NCBI RefSeq assembly: GCF_054482595.1
Contig: NZ_CM137008.1
Length of the DNA: 64,000 bases
Strand: one strand, 5' to 3'
The notes below the pieces were generated by a model. That model saw only the letters and a program-made list of their open reading frames with translations. It did not search any database and was not told the DNA's origin. Below are positions 1-11,796 of this stretch, piece after piece (positions within the stretch are counted from its first letter, which is position 1; each line of letters opens with the position of its first letter). The position numbers and the translations under genes were made by a program.

Positions 1-531
1 CTGTGTAGAGACATCATAGTTTTGATAACTATTGCTTCCCCACCCTGCTGAAATTTCCGTTCCGGGTTCATCGCGCGTCGTGATGATATTCACCACCCCG
101 CCTATTGCATCGGAACCATAAACGGCGGAGCGCGGCCCACGGATATATTCAACACGCTGGACAAGCGCAATAGGGAACTGGCTAAGGTCGGCAGAACCAC
201 TCACCCCCGCCAGATTCAGGCGTACGCCATCAATTAACACCAACACATGACTGGCATTTGTACCGCGAATAAAAATAGATGAGAGCTGACCTGAACCGCC
301 GTTTTGGGTGATATCGACGCCCGGAAGACGGCGCAGCACATCATTAACCGAGGTCGACTGCCAGCGGTCGATATCCTGACGCGTCACAACGGTGGTTGGT
401 GCAAGCACAGTGCTGCGCGGCTGTTCAAAACGGTTAGCAGTAACGACGAGAGTATCCGGGCTGGTATCCTGTGCCCAAGCGGAAAAGGCTGTGACAGAAC
501 ACGCCGTCAGCAGCGAAGCTTTTTTAATCAT
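1..531 (-). CDS. btuB: Vitamin B12 TonB-dependent outer membrane transporter BtuB, N-terminal ~177 codons (gene continues beyond window start)
   Basis: Minus-strand reading from ATG at 531..529 gives [38 protein letters not shown] (signal peptide + TonB box). Absent from ORF track because truncated by window edge. Divergent from trmA as in E. coli. Confidence 0.9.
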   Translation of the reverse strand, partial: MIKKASLLTACSVTAFSAWAQDTSPDTLVVTANRFEQPRSTVLAPTTVVTRQDIDRWQSTSVNDVLRRLPGVDITQNGGSGQLSSIFIRGTNASHVLVLIDGVRLNLAGVSGSADLSQFPIALVQRVEYIRGPRSAVYGSDAIGGVVNIITTRDEPGTEISAGWGSNSYQNYDVSTQ

Positions 532-772
532 TGTAAAGCATCCACAATAGAAGAAGGATGCCGCAGGTTTCATCAATATTACGCGATGATGAGAACCAGA
601 TGCGACGTTGGCCGGCAGGTCTTCGGGCTTGGAGGGGTATCTAAGATACTAAGAGATGATGACTTCCCACCGAATGGCAGTGTCCGCATAACGCAATCAT
701 CGCACCTTTCCTTACCGCTGCGCGTCAGCTCCAGATTCGCACTGGATTCCCTATTAACTCACAGGACCGGCA
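532..772 (-). promoter_or_regulatory. btuB 5' leader containing the cobalamin (AdoCbl) riboswitch
   Basis: Minus-strand sequence upstream of the btuB ATG reads as the btuB leader (GCCGGTCCTGTGAGTTAATAGGGAATCCAGTGCGAATCTGGAGCTGACGCGCAGCGGTAAGGAAAGGTGCGATGATTGCG...). Extent approximate. Confidence 0.8.
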
Positions 773-899
773 AGTGGATGCTACAGGTTGTAACAAGTTA
801 CTGTCCAGACGTAGCTCACAAATAGGAATTCATCAAGATCTGGACATCTGATGAGCAATCCCTACAATCGCCGCGTACTTTAATTTTTCAGGATACATC

Positions 900-2000
900 A
901 TGACCCCCGAACACCTTCCAACAGAACAGTATGAAGCGCAGTTAGCCGAAAAAGTGGTACGTTTGCAAAGTATGATGGCACCGTTTTCTGACCTGGTTCC
1001 GGAAGTGTTTCGCTCGCCGGTCAGTCATTACCGGATGCGTGCGGAGTTCCGCATCTGGCACGATGGCGATGACCTGTACCACATCATTTTCGATCAACAA
1101 ACCAAAAGCCGTATCCGGGTGGATAGCTTCCCCGCCGCCAGTGAACTCATCAACCAGTTGATGACGGCGATGATTGCGGGTGTGCGTAATAATCCCATTC
1201 TGCGCCACAAGTTGTTCCAGATTGATTACCTCACCACGCTGAGTAATCAGGCGGTGGTTTCCTTGCTGTACCATAAAAAGCTGGATGATGAGTGGCGTCA
1301 GGAAGCGGAAGCCCTGCGCGATGCACTGCGAGCACAGAATCTGAATGTGCATCTGATTGGTCGGGCAACGAAAACCAAAATCGCGCTGGATCAAGATTAC
1401 ATCGACGAACGTCTGCCGGTCGCAGGGAAAGAGATGATCTACCGTCAGGTAGAAAACAGCTTTACCCAGCCGAACGCGGCGATGAATATTCAGATGCTGG
1501 AATGGGCGCTGGACGTAACCAAAGGCTCAAAAGGCGATTTACTGGAGCTGTACTGCGGCAACGGTAACTTCTCATTAGCCCTGGCGCGCAATTTTGATCG
1601 GGTATTAGCCACCGAAATCGCCAAGCCGTCAGTCGCTGCCGCGCAATACAATATTGCCGCTAACCATATTGATAACGTACAAATTATTCGTATGGCGGCA
1701 GAAGAATTTACTCAGGCGATGAATGGCGTGCGCGAGTTTAACCGCCTGCAAGGGATCGACTTAAAGAGTTATCAGTGCGAAACCATTTTTGTCGACCCAC
1801 CGCGCAGCGGTCTGGACAGTGAAACCGAGAAAATGGTGCAGGCGTATCCACGTATTCTGTATATCTCCTGCAATCCGGAAACGTTATGCAAGAATCTGGA
1901 AACATTAAGCCAGACGCACAAGGTCGAACGCCTGGCTCTGTTTGATCAGTTCCCCTACACGCACCATATGGAGTGCGGCGTATTACTGACCGCGAAGTAA
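900..2000 (+). CDS. trmA: tRNA (uracil54-C5)-methyltransferase TrmA
   Basis: 366 aa [35 protein letters not shown]...; SAM-methyltransferase motifs; synteny btuB-trmA-yijD-fabR. Confidence 0.95.
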   Translation: MTPEHLPTEQYEAQLAEKVVRLQSMMAPFSDLVPEVFRSPVSHYRMRAEFRIWHDGDDLYHIIFDQQTKSRIRVDSFPAASELINQLMTAMIAGVRNNPILRHKLFQIDYLTTLSNQAVVSLLYHKKLDDEWRQEAEALRDALRAQNLNVHLIGRATKTKIALDQDYIDERLPVAGKEMIYRQVENSFTQPNAAMNIQMLEWALDVTKGSKGDLLELYCGNGNFSLALARNFDRVLATEIAKPSVAAAQYNIAANHIDNVQIIRMAAEEFTQAMNGVREFNRLQGIDLKSYQCETIFVDPPRSGLDSETEKMVQAYPRILYISCNPETLCKNLETLSQTHKVERLALFDQFPYTHHMECGVLLTAK

Positions 2001-2005
2001 AACCC

Positions 2006-2032
2006 ATGCCGGATGCGCCAGCATCCGGCATG
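2006..2032. terminator. Bidirectional intrinsic terminator between convergent trmA and yijD
   Basis: Hairpin atgccggatgcgccagcatccggcat immediately after the trmA stop. Confidence 0.6.
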
Positions 2033-2039
2033 ATACCGA

Positions 2040-2399
2040 TTACTCAGCAACTTCCTGCTTACGGTTACGCATCTTCGCGCCAATCCAGAACACCATAATG
2101 ACGGAGAGTACTGCCGGGAAGAAGTTAGAGCCGATATCCGGATATTCCGCACGAACTACCGTGCTGTACAGCAGTACGCCGAGAATAAAACAGGCAGCTG
2201 CCAGACCCGGCAAGCCTACCGGCATGGTGCGATTAAGATAACGTTGATGCAGGCAGTAAACCGTCAGCACCAGGGAAATAATCGGGAATACAGAAAATGG
2301 CACAATGGAGCTAAACAGCGCTGCGAAAGTACCATTAATCGATAAGCCAGCAACCAACGCCAGCAGCAGCGTACCTCTATCTTGATTTGCTTGTTTCAT
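2040..2399 (-). CDS. yijD: Inner membrane protein YijD (DUF1422)
   Basis: 119 aa hydrophobic [33 protein letters not shown]...; 1-nt overlap (TAATG) with fabR stop. Confidence 0.9.
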
Positions 2400-3046
2400 T
2401 ACTCGTCCTTCACATTTCCCGGAATAATTGCGGTTTTCTCTTGTTCACGGCGATACCAGTAATAAGCCCCTTTCGAAATCATTCGCAGTTGCAGTACCAG
2501 TCGCTCTTCTAATTGCCGACGTTGTTCGACGCCGACGTCCAACGCCTCGGCACCCGCACTGAAGACAATTGTCACCATTGCTTCGGCTTGCGCTTCAGTA
2601 AACGCACGCGGCATATGGTTTTCGAGTTCCAGATAGTCCGCAAGTTCCGCAATGAAGTGCTGAATTTCACGCGCAACGGCGGCACGAAACGCAGCGGAGG
2701 TGCCGGAGCGTTCCCGCAATAATAACCGGAAGGCGTTAGGATTATTACCGATGAACTCCATAAATGTGGAGACCGAGGTGCGGATCACACTCCCGCCTTT
2801 GGCGATACGCTGACGCGCCTGGCGCATGAGTTGGCGTAGCATTAAACCGCTCTCATCAACCATGGTCAGACCCAGTTCGTCTACGTCGCGGAAATGCCGA
2901 TAAAAAGAGGTGGGAGCAATGCCCGCTTCACGCGCCACTTCACGCAAACTCAAGCTGGCGAAGCTGCGTTCAGCACTTAATTGGCTAAATGCGGCTTCCA
3001 CCAGCGAACGGCGGGTTTTTTCTTTTTGTTGCGCTCTTACGCCCAT
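2399..3046 (-). CDS. fabR: TetR-family repressor of unsaturated fatty acid biosynthesis FabR
   Basis: Conserved protein starts [29 protein letters not shown]...; track ORF extends to 3142 but the conserved start is the internal Met (coordinate 3046). Confidence 0.9.
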
Positions 3047-3152
3047 CACGATGTCTGAATCCTTGCCAAAAGTACTGCTGGCACTATACCAGAGAATGAA
3101 CATACTGGATTGCTCCAGTATTGTGAATGAACGGTAACGCAATAAAACATAT

Positions 3153-4469
3153 TTACTGCAATTCTTTGGCCGGTTCTTTTACGTACAACAACGCCAACAT
3201 CGACAGCAACGTGCCTCCACCCAGATACCACGCCGGAGCCGTCAAACTATCCAGCAACACGATGGATTGCGTAGCGAAATATTGAGCAAAACCGCCAAAG
3301 ATTGCCACACCAATGCTATAAACCAGCGCAAAACCCAATGCCCGAATCCGTTTCGGCAACAGTTCAGAGATCAACAACATCACTGGCACACCGCCAAGCG
3401 TGGTAAAGCTGACCATCACGAAAACCACCGTCAGCAACATGCCAGGGCTTGGGTAATTCACCAACAGCCAGAATGACGGCCAGCTACAGATCAGCACCAT
3501 CACACGGGAGATTAAAATCAGCTTTTTACGCCCGACCGAATCGCACAACATCCCCACAAGCAGCGCACCCACAAACGTAATAACGCCCGCCAGTAACATC
3601 GCTGCATGAGAATAATGTTGAGGCATCGCCAGATACTTCGCCGCCCAGGTGCCGTAATAAAAGAGGGAGATATAGGTTGCGACCGTGCTACCAATAGCGA
3701 GTAAAACGCCATTAACGATAGTCGCCTTATGTTGCAGGAGCAGAGAAAACGCGCTTTCGCTGGTAGCAGCTTTTTTATTGCGCACAGGCTCAGGTACGTC
3801 ATTTTCCAGACTCAAACGCAACCAACAGCCGACAGGCGCTAATAACACGCCAATAAAAAACGGCACACGCCAGCCCCATTCAGCCATGACGGTTTCTGAA
3901 CCGGTCGCAAAGGGCAGCCATGCACTTAAACCTAAAGCGACAACACCTCCAAAAGTTGTTGCCAGGCCTTGAGTCGCCAGTGACCAACTGCTGTAAAAAC
4001 CGCGACGATTTGCCGGAGCTGACTCCACCAGTAGCGACATTGAAGCCCCAACTTCACCGCCTGCTGCAACACCCTGAATCAAACGAGCAAGTACCAGAGT
4101 TGCCGTTCCCCAATAGCCCGCCGTCGCATACGTCGGCGCAATGCCAATCATCAACGTGCCGAGGCTCATCAGGGCAATAGTGAACACCATCGCGGGTTTG
4201 CGTCCGAAACGATCGGCCCAGGCCCCGACGATAATTCCACCAAGCGGGCGCATAAAAAAACTCACGCCAAACGTTGCAAATGCCAGTAACAGCGCGACAT
4301 TGTGATCAGCGCTGGGTGGGAAGAAAAGTGTACTGATATAGACCACAAAAAAGTTGTAAACGCCAAAATCAAACAATTCGAGCGCATTGCCAAACGCCGA
4401 GGCAAAAATCACCCGCCTGCCGCTGGGCTTTTTCTTCACACTCACGGTTTCATTTACGATCGCCGTCAT
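3153..4469 (-). CDS. MFS transporter, metabolite:H+ symporter (MHS) family-like; substrate unknown
   Basis: 438 aa, many predicted TM segments, MFS signature region GxxxDRFGRK ([12 protein letters not shown]). Lies in a segment I do not recall between fabR and sthA in K-12. Confidence 0.8.
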
Positions 4470-4511
4470 TCCATGTTCCTTGCCAAAAAGTGTTGTTGTG
4501 TGTTGTTTTAT

Positions 4512-5678
4512 TTATTGCAGCCAGGCTTCTACCAGTGCGCCCCAGTAGCTGCTTGCCGGGACCAGACTTGCATCGTTGAAGTCGTAACCCGGGTTATGCA
4601 CCATGCAGGAACCTTCCCCGACATCGCCATTACCGAATAACAGGAAACCGCCTTTGGGTTGGGCTTCCAGCATGAAAGAGAAATCTTCACTGCCCATCAG
4701 AGGCTTGATGCCAAACTCGGCCAGCTCTTCACCAAACGTTTTACACGCCACCTGCCAGGCGAAGCGCGCCATCTCCTCGTCATTCACTAATACCGGTGTA
4801 CCGTTAACATGCGTAACCTCAGCCGTAGCACCAAAGCTGGCAGCCAGGGCTTGTGCCAGAGCAGGAATACGGGTCAGAAGAAGTTGTCGGGTATCGCGGC
4901 TAAGAGAGCGGACGCTGATTTTCATCTCAGCACTGTCAGGAATGACGTTAGCCGCCTCACCCGCAACAATGCTGCCGACGGTAATTACCGCCGCTTCCAG
5001 CGGATCGACATTGCGCGACACAATGCTTTGTAATGCGGTGGTGATATGTGCCGCGACCAGCACCGGATCGATGGCTTTGTGCGGGATCGCACCGTGTCCG
5101 CCACAACCACGAACTGTAATATGGAACTGATCCATTGACGCCATCAGTGCCCCTGGCTGGAAATAAAACTTACCCACCGGCAGACCGGGCATGTTATGCA
5201 TGCCGAAAATGACATCGCAGGGGAAATGATCAAAAAGCCCCTCTTTAACCATGATCTCACCGCCATTAATCATCTCTTCCGCAGGCTGGAAGATAAGACG
5301 TAACGTGCCGTTAAAACGGCGGGTTTCGGCAAAATAACGCGCGGCCCCCAGCAGTATGGTGGTATGCCCGTCATGCCCGCAGGCGTGCATTAAACCAGGA
5401 TGTTTACTGGCCCAGAGCTTGCCACTATTTTCATAAATCGGCAGCGCATCCATATCCGCCCGCAGGCCAATACTTTTCTCTCCGTCGCCCACTTTTAACG
5501 TGGCCACTATCCCCGTCGTCGCCAGTCCTTGCTCTACTTCATAGCCCCACTGACGCAGCTTTTCCGCAACCAAAGCACTGGTTTTAAATTCTTGTAATCC
5601 CAGCTCCGGGTTTTCGTGGATCTGATGGCGGATCTCACGCAGTTCTTCCTCAAACCCTCGAATATAGTGTTCGATCAT
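4512..5678 (-). CDS. M20D-family amidohydrolase (hippurate hydrolase / N-acyl-amino acid amidohydrolase-like)
   Basis: 388 aa with HACGHDGH metal-binding motif typical of peptidase M20D (AbgA/HipO/ILR1 type); co-oriented with the MFS gene, 42 bp apart. Confidence 0.8.
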   Translation of the reverse strand: MIEHYIRGFEEELREIRHQIHENPELGLQEFKTSALVAEKLRQWGYEVEQGLATTGIVATLKVGDGEKSIGLRADMDALPIYENSGKLWASKHPGLMHACGHDGHTTILLGAARYFAETRRFNGTLRLIFQPAEEMINGGEIMVKEGLFDHFPCDVIFGMHNMPGLPVGKFYFQPGALMASMDQFHITVRGCGGHGAIPHKAIDPVLVAAHITTALQSIVSRNVDPLEAAVITVGSIVAGEAANVIPDSAEMKISVRSLSRDTRQLLLTRIPALAQALAASFGATAEVTHVNGTPVLVNDEEMARFAWQVACKTFGEELAEFGIKPLMGSEDFSFMLEAQPKGGFLLFGNGDVGEGSCMVHNPGYDFNDASLVPASSYWGALVEAWLQ

Positions 5679-6007
5679 CGGCTATTCCTTTATTCACTTA
5701 TAAACAGGCTAATTAACGGATTTTATTGATGGTATAAATACAAATAACCCATCAATATAAAATATTTATATGTTTGTTTTATAAGAATATTTCATAAAGA
5801 CAATAACAAAAAAGCACGCTTCGGCAAGATAAAACTATCAGCCATAATAAAAAGCGATTAATAGTGAATAAATGGGTTAAGAAGGAGGCAGACAAAGCAA
5901 AGGCCGCTCACGCTATAGCCAGATTAATGACGGGGATCAATTGGCTTACCCGCGATAAAATGTTACCATTCTGTTGCTTTTATGTATAAGAACAGGTAAG
6001 CCCTACC

Positions 6008-7408
6008 ATGCCACATTCCTACGATTACGATGCCATAGTAATAGGTTCCGGCCCCGGCGGCGAAGGCGCTGCAATGGGCCTGGTTAAGCAAGGTGCGCGC
6101 GTCGCAGTTATCGAGCGTTATCAAAATGTTGGCGGCGGTTGCACCCACTGGGGCACCATCCCGTCGAAAGCTCTCCGTCACGCCGTCAGCCGCATTATAG
6201 AATTCAATCAAAACCCACTATACAGCGACCATTCCCGACTGCTCCGCTCTTCTTTTGCCGATATCCTTAACCATGCCGATAACGTGATTAATCAACAAAC
6301 GCGCATGCGTCAGGGATTTTACGAACGTAATCACTGTGAAATATTGCAGGGGAACGCTCGCTTTGTTGACGAGCATACGTTGGCGCTGGATTGCCCGGAC
6401 GGCAGCGTTGAAACACTAACCGCTGAAAAATTTGTTATTGCCTGCGGCTCTCGTCCATATCATCCAACAGATGTTGATTTCACCCATCCACGCATTTACG
6501 ACAGCGACTCAATTCTCAGCATGCACCACGAACCGCGCCATGTACTTATCTATGGTGCTGGAGTGATCGGCTGTGAATATGCGTCGATCTTCCGCGGTAT
6601 GGATGTAAAAGTGGATCTGATCAACACCCGCGATCGCCTGCTGGCATTTCTCGATCAAGAGATGTCAGATTCTCTCTCCTATCACTTCTGGAACAGTGGC
6701 GTAGTGATTCGTCACAACGAAGAGTACGAGAAGATCGAAGGCTGTGACGACGGTGTAATCATGCATCTGAAGTCGGGTAAAAAACTGAAAGCCGACTGTC
6801 TGCTCTATGCCAACGGCCGCACCGGTAATACCGATTCGCTGGCATTACAGAACATTGGGCTGGAAACTGACAGTCGCGGACAGCTGAAGGTCAACAGCAT
6901 GTATCAGACCGCACAGCCGCACGTTTACGCGGTGGGCGACGTGATTGGTTATCCGAGCCTGGCATCAGCGGCCTATGACCAGGGGCGCATTGCCGCGCAG
7001 GCGCTGGTAAAAGGCGAAGCCACCGCGCATCTGATTGAAGATATCCCTACCGGCATTTACACCATCCCGGAAATCAGCTCTGTGGGCAAAACCGAACAGC
7101 AGCTGACCGCGATGAAAGTGCCATATGAAGTGGGCCGCGCCCAGTTTAAACATCTGGCACGCGCACAAATCGTTGGCATGAACGTGGGCACGCTGAAAAT
7201 TTTGTTCCATCGGGAAACGAAAGAGATTCTGGGCATTCACTGCTTTGGCGAGCGCGCTGCCGAAATTATTCATATCGGTCAGGCGATTATGGAACAGAAA
7301 GGTGGCGGCAACACTATTGAGTACTTCGTCAACACCACCTTTAACTACCCGACGATGGCGGAAGCCTATCGGGTAGCTGCGTTAAACGGTTTAAACCGCC
7401 TGTTTTAA
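6008..7408 (+). CDS. sthA: Soluble pyridine nucleotide transhydrogenase SthA (UdhA)
   Basis: 466 aa [38 protein letters not shown]...; FAD/NAD dinucleotide-binding motifs. Confidence 0.95.
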
Positions 7409-8308
7409 CACTTTATCGAAATGGCCATCCATTCTTGCGCGGATGGCCTCTGCCAGCTGCTCATAGCGGCTGCGCAGCGGTGAGCCAGGACGATAAACCA
7501 GGCCAATAGTGCGGCGAGGTTCCGGCTTAATACACGGCAAATAAACAACCCCATCGCGTTTGCGCTCCGGCGGCACAGCCAGCGCAGGCAGTAAAGTGAT
7601 CCCGCTACCTGCCGCCACCATGTTACGCAGTGTCTCCAGGCTGGTCGCGCGGAAGTGTGTATCTTCATCCGCCCCGGCTTCAAAGCAGAAACCCATTGCC
7701 TGATCGCGCAAACAGTGACCATCTTCCAGCATCAGCAGTTTTTCCCCTGCCAGGTCGGCCATCGGTACACATTCGCGGTTCGCCCACGGGTGATCTTCAT
7801 AGATAGCCAGCAACATTGGCTCATCAAACAACGGCACTTCAATGAATGCTTCGCTCTCTTTCACCAGCGCGAGGATCACGCAATCGAGTTTGCCACTGTC
7901 CAGTTGCGCCAGTAACTGGTGGGTCTGTGCTTCATGCAGATACATTTCCAGCTTTGGAAAGGTCTGGTGCAGCATCGGGATAATATGCGGTAGCAGGTAC
8001 GGTCCAACCGTGGGAATCAAACCAATATGCAGCGGTCCGGACATCGTCTCGCCCTGCTGGCTTGCCATCTCTTTAAGGACTTTCACCTCACGCAGCACGG
8101 TACGCGCCTGATCCACCAGCAGCATTCCCGCCTGGGTGAACAATACTTTACGGCTGGTCCGCTCCAGCAACATCACGCCCAGCTCATCTTCCAGCTTACG
8201 AATTTGCCCGCTAAGCGTCGGCTGGCTAACGTGGCAGGAATCTGCCGCACGCCGAAAATGGCGGTGTTCGGCCAATGCCACCAGGTACTCAAGATCACGA
8301 ATATTCAT
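7391..8308 (-). CDS. oxyR: LysR-family oxidative stress regulator OxyR
   Basis: Conserved 305 aa protein [40 protein letters not shown]...; track ORF has a 15-codon upstream extension. 3' end overlaps sthA convergently by 18 bp. Confidence 0.95.
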   Translation of the reverse strand: MNIRDLEYLVALAEHRHFRRAADSCHVSQPTLSGQIRKLEDELGVMLLERTSRKVLFTQAGMLLVDQARTVLREVKVLKEMASQQGETMSGPLHIGLIPTVGPYLLPHIIPMLHQTFPKLEMYLHEAQTHQLLAQLDSGKLDCVILALVKESEAFIEVPLFDEPMLLAIYEDHPWANRECVPMADLAGEKLLMLEDGHCLRDQAMGFCFEAGADEDTHFRATSLETLRNMVAAGSGITLLPALAVPPERKRDGVVYLPCIKPEPRRTIGLVYRPGSPLRSRYEQLAEAIRARMDGHFDKVLKQAV

Positions 8309-8403
8309 TATCCATCCTCCATTGCCACGATAGTTCGCGGCGATAGGTAGCATAGCAACGAACGATTATCCCTATCAAGCATTCTGACTGATAATTGCTC
8401 ACA
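8309..8403. promoter_or_regulatory. oxyR-oxyS divergent promoter region with OxyR binding site
   Basis: Intergenic between oxyR start and oxyS 5' end; known arrangement in E. coli. Sites not individually mapped. Confidence 0.6.
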
Positions 8404-8516
8404 GAAACGGAGCGGCACCTCTTTTAACCCTTGAAGTCACTGCCCGTTTCGAGAGTTTCTCAACTCGAATAACTAAAGCCAACGTGAACTTTTGCGGATC
8501 TCCAGGATCCGCTTTT
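8404..8516 (+). ncRNA. oxyS: OxyS small regulatory RNA
   Basis: Sequence GAAACGGAGCGGCACCTCTTTTAACCCTTGAAGTCACTGCCCGTTTCGAGAGTTTCTCAACTCGAATAACTAAAGCCAACGTGAACTTTTGCGGATCTCCAGGATCCGC followed by T-run (intrinsic terminator). Confidence 0.93.
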
Positions 8517-8574
8517 TTTTGCCATAAAAAAGCCCGGCGATAAGCCAGGCTCAAATTTATACATATAAATGTTC

Positions 8575-9948
8575 TTACCCCAACCGCGCCTGCGCAAAAG
8601 CAATTGCCTGCGCCACCTGCTGCGGTGAGACGCCGCCTTTTGCCGCACGCTTGTCGAGGCACGATTGCAGCGACAGAATCGGATAGACATCTTCGCCAAT
8701 CACCTGGCTGAATTTCTGTAACTCAGTCAGCGGCAACTCTTCCAGCGGTTTGCCCTGACGAATAGCTTCCACCACCGCTTCACCCACGATATGGTGCGCC
8801 TCGCGGAACGGCACGCCTTTCGCCACCAGGTAATCCGCCAGTTCAGTGGCGTTCGCATACCCCTGCTGCGCCGCTTCCTGGCAACGCGGACGTTTCACCT
8901 GAATGCCGTCCAGCACCAGCGCCGCCATATGCAGGCAGTCCAGCCAGGTGTCGAGCGCGTCGAACAGGCCTTCTTTGTCTTCCTGCATATCTTTGTTGTA
9001 AGCCAGCGGCAAACCTTTCAGCGTCATCATCATGCCGGTTAACGCGCCCTGCACCCGACCGCATTTACCGCGAATCAGCTCCAGCGCATCCGGGTTTTTC
9101 TTCTGCGGCATTAATGATGAACCGGAAGTCACGCGGTCAGAAAGCTCGACAAACCCTGCTTCGCCGGTGTTAAAGAAGATCAGATCTTCAGCAAAACGCG
9201 ACAGATGCACCATGCCGATAGCGGCAGCAGAAAGCAGTTCCAGCACGTGGTCGCGGTCAGAAACGCTGTCGAGACTGTTACGGGTCGCCGAAGCAAAGCC
9301 CAGCCAGCCAGCTAACTGTTCACGGTCGATTTCATAGGCCGTTCCCGCCAGCGCGCCACAGCCTAACGGGCTGACATCCAGACGCTTAAGCGCATCCTGC
9401 AAGCGGCTTTCATCACGCGCCAGCATCTCAACATAGGCCAGACACCAGTGCGCGAATGTCACCGGCTGGGCACGTTGCAGGTGGGTATAGCCCGGCATCA
9501 CCGCGTCCTGATTATTCTGCGCGGTTTCTACCAGCGCCGATTGCAACTGGCGGTTAGCCGTCAGCAACTCGCCAACGGTATCCTTGCACCACAGTTTCAG
9601 GTCAGTCGCGACCTGGTCATTACGGCTACGCCCGGTATGCAGCTTTTTGCCTAACTGCCCCACTTTGTCGATCAGTTTCCCTTCCACCCAGCTATGGATA
9701 TCTTCGGCGTCGCTTTCAAGGATTTGTTGTGGCCTGGCGCGAACATCTTCCAGCAGCACGTTCAGCGCCTCTTCCAGTTGCGCCTGTTCTTCTGCGGTTA
9801 ACACGCCTACCGTTACCAGGGCTTTGGACCAGGCCACAGAGCCAACAATATCCTGCTCCGCCAGACGGTAATCAAAGCGCAGTGAGTCGTTAAATTGTTT
9901 GAACCGTTGATCTGCTGCCTGGGTAAAACGCCCGCCCCAAAGTGCCAT
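8575..9948 (-). CDS. argH: Argininosuccinate lyase ArgH
   Basis: 457 aa [37 protein letters not shown]... Confidence 0.95.
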   Translation of the reverse strand: MALWGGRFTQAADQRFKQFNDSLRFDYRLAEQDIVGSVAWSKALVTVGVLTAEEQAQLEEALNVLLEDVRARPQQILESDAEDIHSWVEGKLIDKVGQLGKKLHTGRSRNDQVATDLKLWCKDTVGELLTANRQLQSALVETAQNNQDAVMPGYTHLQRAQPVTFAHWCLAYVEMLARDESRLQDALKRLDVSPLGCGALAGTAYEIDREQLAGWLGFASATRNSLDSVSDRDHVLELLSAAAIGMVHLSRFAEDLIFFNTGEAGFVELSDRVTSGSSLMPQKKNPDALELIRGKCGRVQGALTGMMMTLKGLPLAYNKDMQEDKEGLFDALDTWLDCLHMAALVLDGIQVKRPRCQEAAQQGYANATELADYLVAKGVPFREAHHIVGEAVVEAIRQGKPLEELPLTELQKFSQVIGEDVYPILSLQSCLDKRAAKGGVSPQQVAQAIAFAQARLG

Positions 9949-10007
9949 AACTCTGTTTCCTTATTTTGAATTCAATGCCGGAAAGCTACGCCTCCGGCTA
10001 ACAAAAC

Positions 10008-10784
10008 TTAAGCTAAAATCCGCGTACCCATCGGCATACCGTTAAACAGTGCCGGAAGCTGCTCCGCATGACGCCAGGAGGCGATATCCACAGGGCGGCC
10101 CAGCGTGCGCGCAGCATCCAGCGCCGCGTTCACTTTCACAATCATGCCGTCAGTAATAATGCCCTGCTCAATCAGTTGTTCTGCTTTCGCGGCGGTCATT
10201 TCGGCAATACGTTGCCCTTTGCCGTCGAGAATGCCGCTGACATCAGAGAGCAAAATCAGATCCGCGCCCAGCGTTGCCGCCAGCGCCGTCGCTGCCTGAT
10301 CAGCATTGACGTTCATCAGTTGCCCTTCGTCCGTTACGCCAATGGAGCTGACCACCGGCAGATAACCGTTTTCCAGCAATGTATTGATAAGTTTAGGCGA
10401 ACCTGGCTGCGCCAGTCCAACATGGCCTAACTCTTCATCAAGCTGGGTCACTTTTACGCTGTCGCCATCGCCGAGAAACAAACCTACGGCCGCAATCTGA
10501 TGTTTCTTCGCCCATGCCAGCAGGGTTTTATTTGCCGTTCCCGCCAGTGCTCCAGTGATAATGTCTATCTGATCCGCAGGCGTCACCCGCAGGCCATTTT
10601 TCTTTTTCACCGGCAGATTCAGCCCTTTCATCAGCTCATCCACCACGCAACCGCCGCCGTGGACAATCACCAGCGGACGCTGATGTGACTCACGATAATT
10701 CACCAGTGCGCTAAACAGACGCTCCAGCGCCTCTTCACTATCCAGCAGTACGCCACCCAGTTTGATAATTAATGGATTCATCAT
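10008..10784 (-). CDS. argB: Acetylglutamate kinase ArgB
   Basis: Conserved start [24 protein letters not shown]...; track ORF extended 11 codons upstream. Confidence 0.93.
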   Translation of the reverse strand: MMNPLIIKLGGVLLDSEEALERLFSALVNYRESHQRPLVIVHGGGCVVDELMKGLNLPVKKKNGLRVTPADQIDIITGALAGTANKTLLAWAKKHQIAAVGLFLGDGDSVKVTQLDEELGHVGLAQPGSPKLINTLLENGYLPVVSSIGVTDEGQLMNVNADQAATALAATLGADLILLSDVSGILDGKGQRIAEMTAAKAEQLIEQGIITDGMIVKVNAALDAARTLGRPVDIASWRHAEQLPALFNGMPMGTRILA

Positions 10785-10791
10785 TGCACCC

Positions 10792-11796
10792 TTAAATAAG
10801 AGACTGCGTTTCCGCATAGCCGAAACGAATATTGGCGCACTGTACCGCTTGTGCCGCCGCGCCTTTCAGTAAGTTGTCTTCGGTCGCCACAATAATCAAA
10901 TGCTCGCCCTGAACGGCAAACCCGATATCGCAAAATGGCAGCCCAACGACATTTTTCAGCGCCGGAACGCCTTTGTCATACAGCCGCACCAGCGGTTTAT
11001 GGGCATACGCCTGCTGTAACACTTGCGCGACTTGCGCCTGGGTCACACCCGATTTCAGGCGGCAGGTAATGGTTTCGAGAATGCCGCGCGGGAAATTGCC
11101 CAGATGTGGGGTGAAGATAACGTCAGCACCGAGGTGTGTGGCGATCTCTGGTTGATGGCGATGAGTAAAGACGCCATACGGTTGCAGGCTAACTTCACAA
11201 AAACTATTTGAAATCGCTGCCTTACGTCCTGCACCGCTCACGCCGCTGGTGGCGTTGATCACCGGCCACTGATTGAGGTCAAGAAGATCGGCATCAATCA
11301 ACGGTTTCAGCGCCAGCTGTGCCGCCGTCGGATAACAGCCTGGCACCGCAATCAAATTCGCTTCTTTTAATTTATTACCGCTCCACTCCGCCAGACCGTA
11401 GGCTGCCTGTTCCAGCAGTTCCGGGTATTGATGGGTAAAGCCGTAATATTTTTCATAGAAGGTGGCGTCGTTAACACGAAACGCGCCGGAAAGGTCGAAC
11501 ACCACGCAGCCCGCTTCAAGAAACTGCGGCGCTAAATCGTGGCTAACTTCATGGGCGGTGGCGAGAAACACCACGTCCACCCCTGGGCTAAACTCGCTGA
11601 TATCCGACATCGGCTGCAACGGCAGCTCAACGATGCCTTTTAGCTGCGGATGCAAATCGGAGATTAACTTTCCCGCATCATTGCTTTGCGCTGAAACAGT
11701 CAAAGCGGTTATGTTCATATGCGGATGGCGATTTACATAGGTCACTAGCTCTGCGCCAGCGTAGCCGCTGGCACCCACAATCAGCGTATTCAACAT
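10792..11796 (-). CDS. argC: N-acetyl-gamma-glutamyl-phosphate reductase ArgC
   Basis: 334 aa [43 protein letters not shown]... Confidence 0.95.
   Translation of the reverse strand: MLNTLIVGASGYAGAELVTYVNRHPHMNITALTVSAQSNDAGKLISDLHPQLKGIVELPLQPMSDISEFSPGVDVVFLATAHEVSHDLAPQFLEAGCVVFDLSGAFRVNDATFYEKYYGFTHQYPELLEQAAYGLAEWSGNKLKEANLIAVPGCYPTAAQLALKPLIDADLLDLNQWPVINATSGVSGAGRKAAISNSFCEVSLQPYGVFTHRHQPEIATHLGADVIFTPHLGNFPRGILETITCRLKSGVTQAQVAQVLQQAYAHKPLVRLYDKGVPALKNVVGLPFCDIGFAVQGEHLIIVATEDNLLKGAAAQAVQCANIRFGYAETQSLI

Noticed and set aside
304-825. 173 aa plus-strand ORF
   Set aside because: Lies antisense to the btuB 5' coding region and the btuB riboswitch leader; no recognisable domain; most likely a chance ORF.
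7391-8353. Longer N-terminal extensions in track ORFs for oxyR, fabR, argB, argE, pflC, gldA, yijE, katG, metB, metJ, priA, menA, zapB, glpK, cdh
   Set aside because: The ORF track reports the longest frame; conserved protein N-termini begin at internal start codons, so extensions were trimmed.
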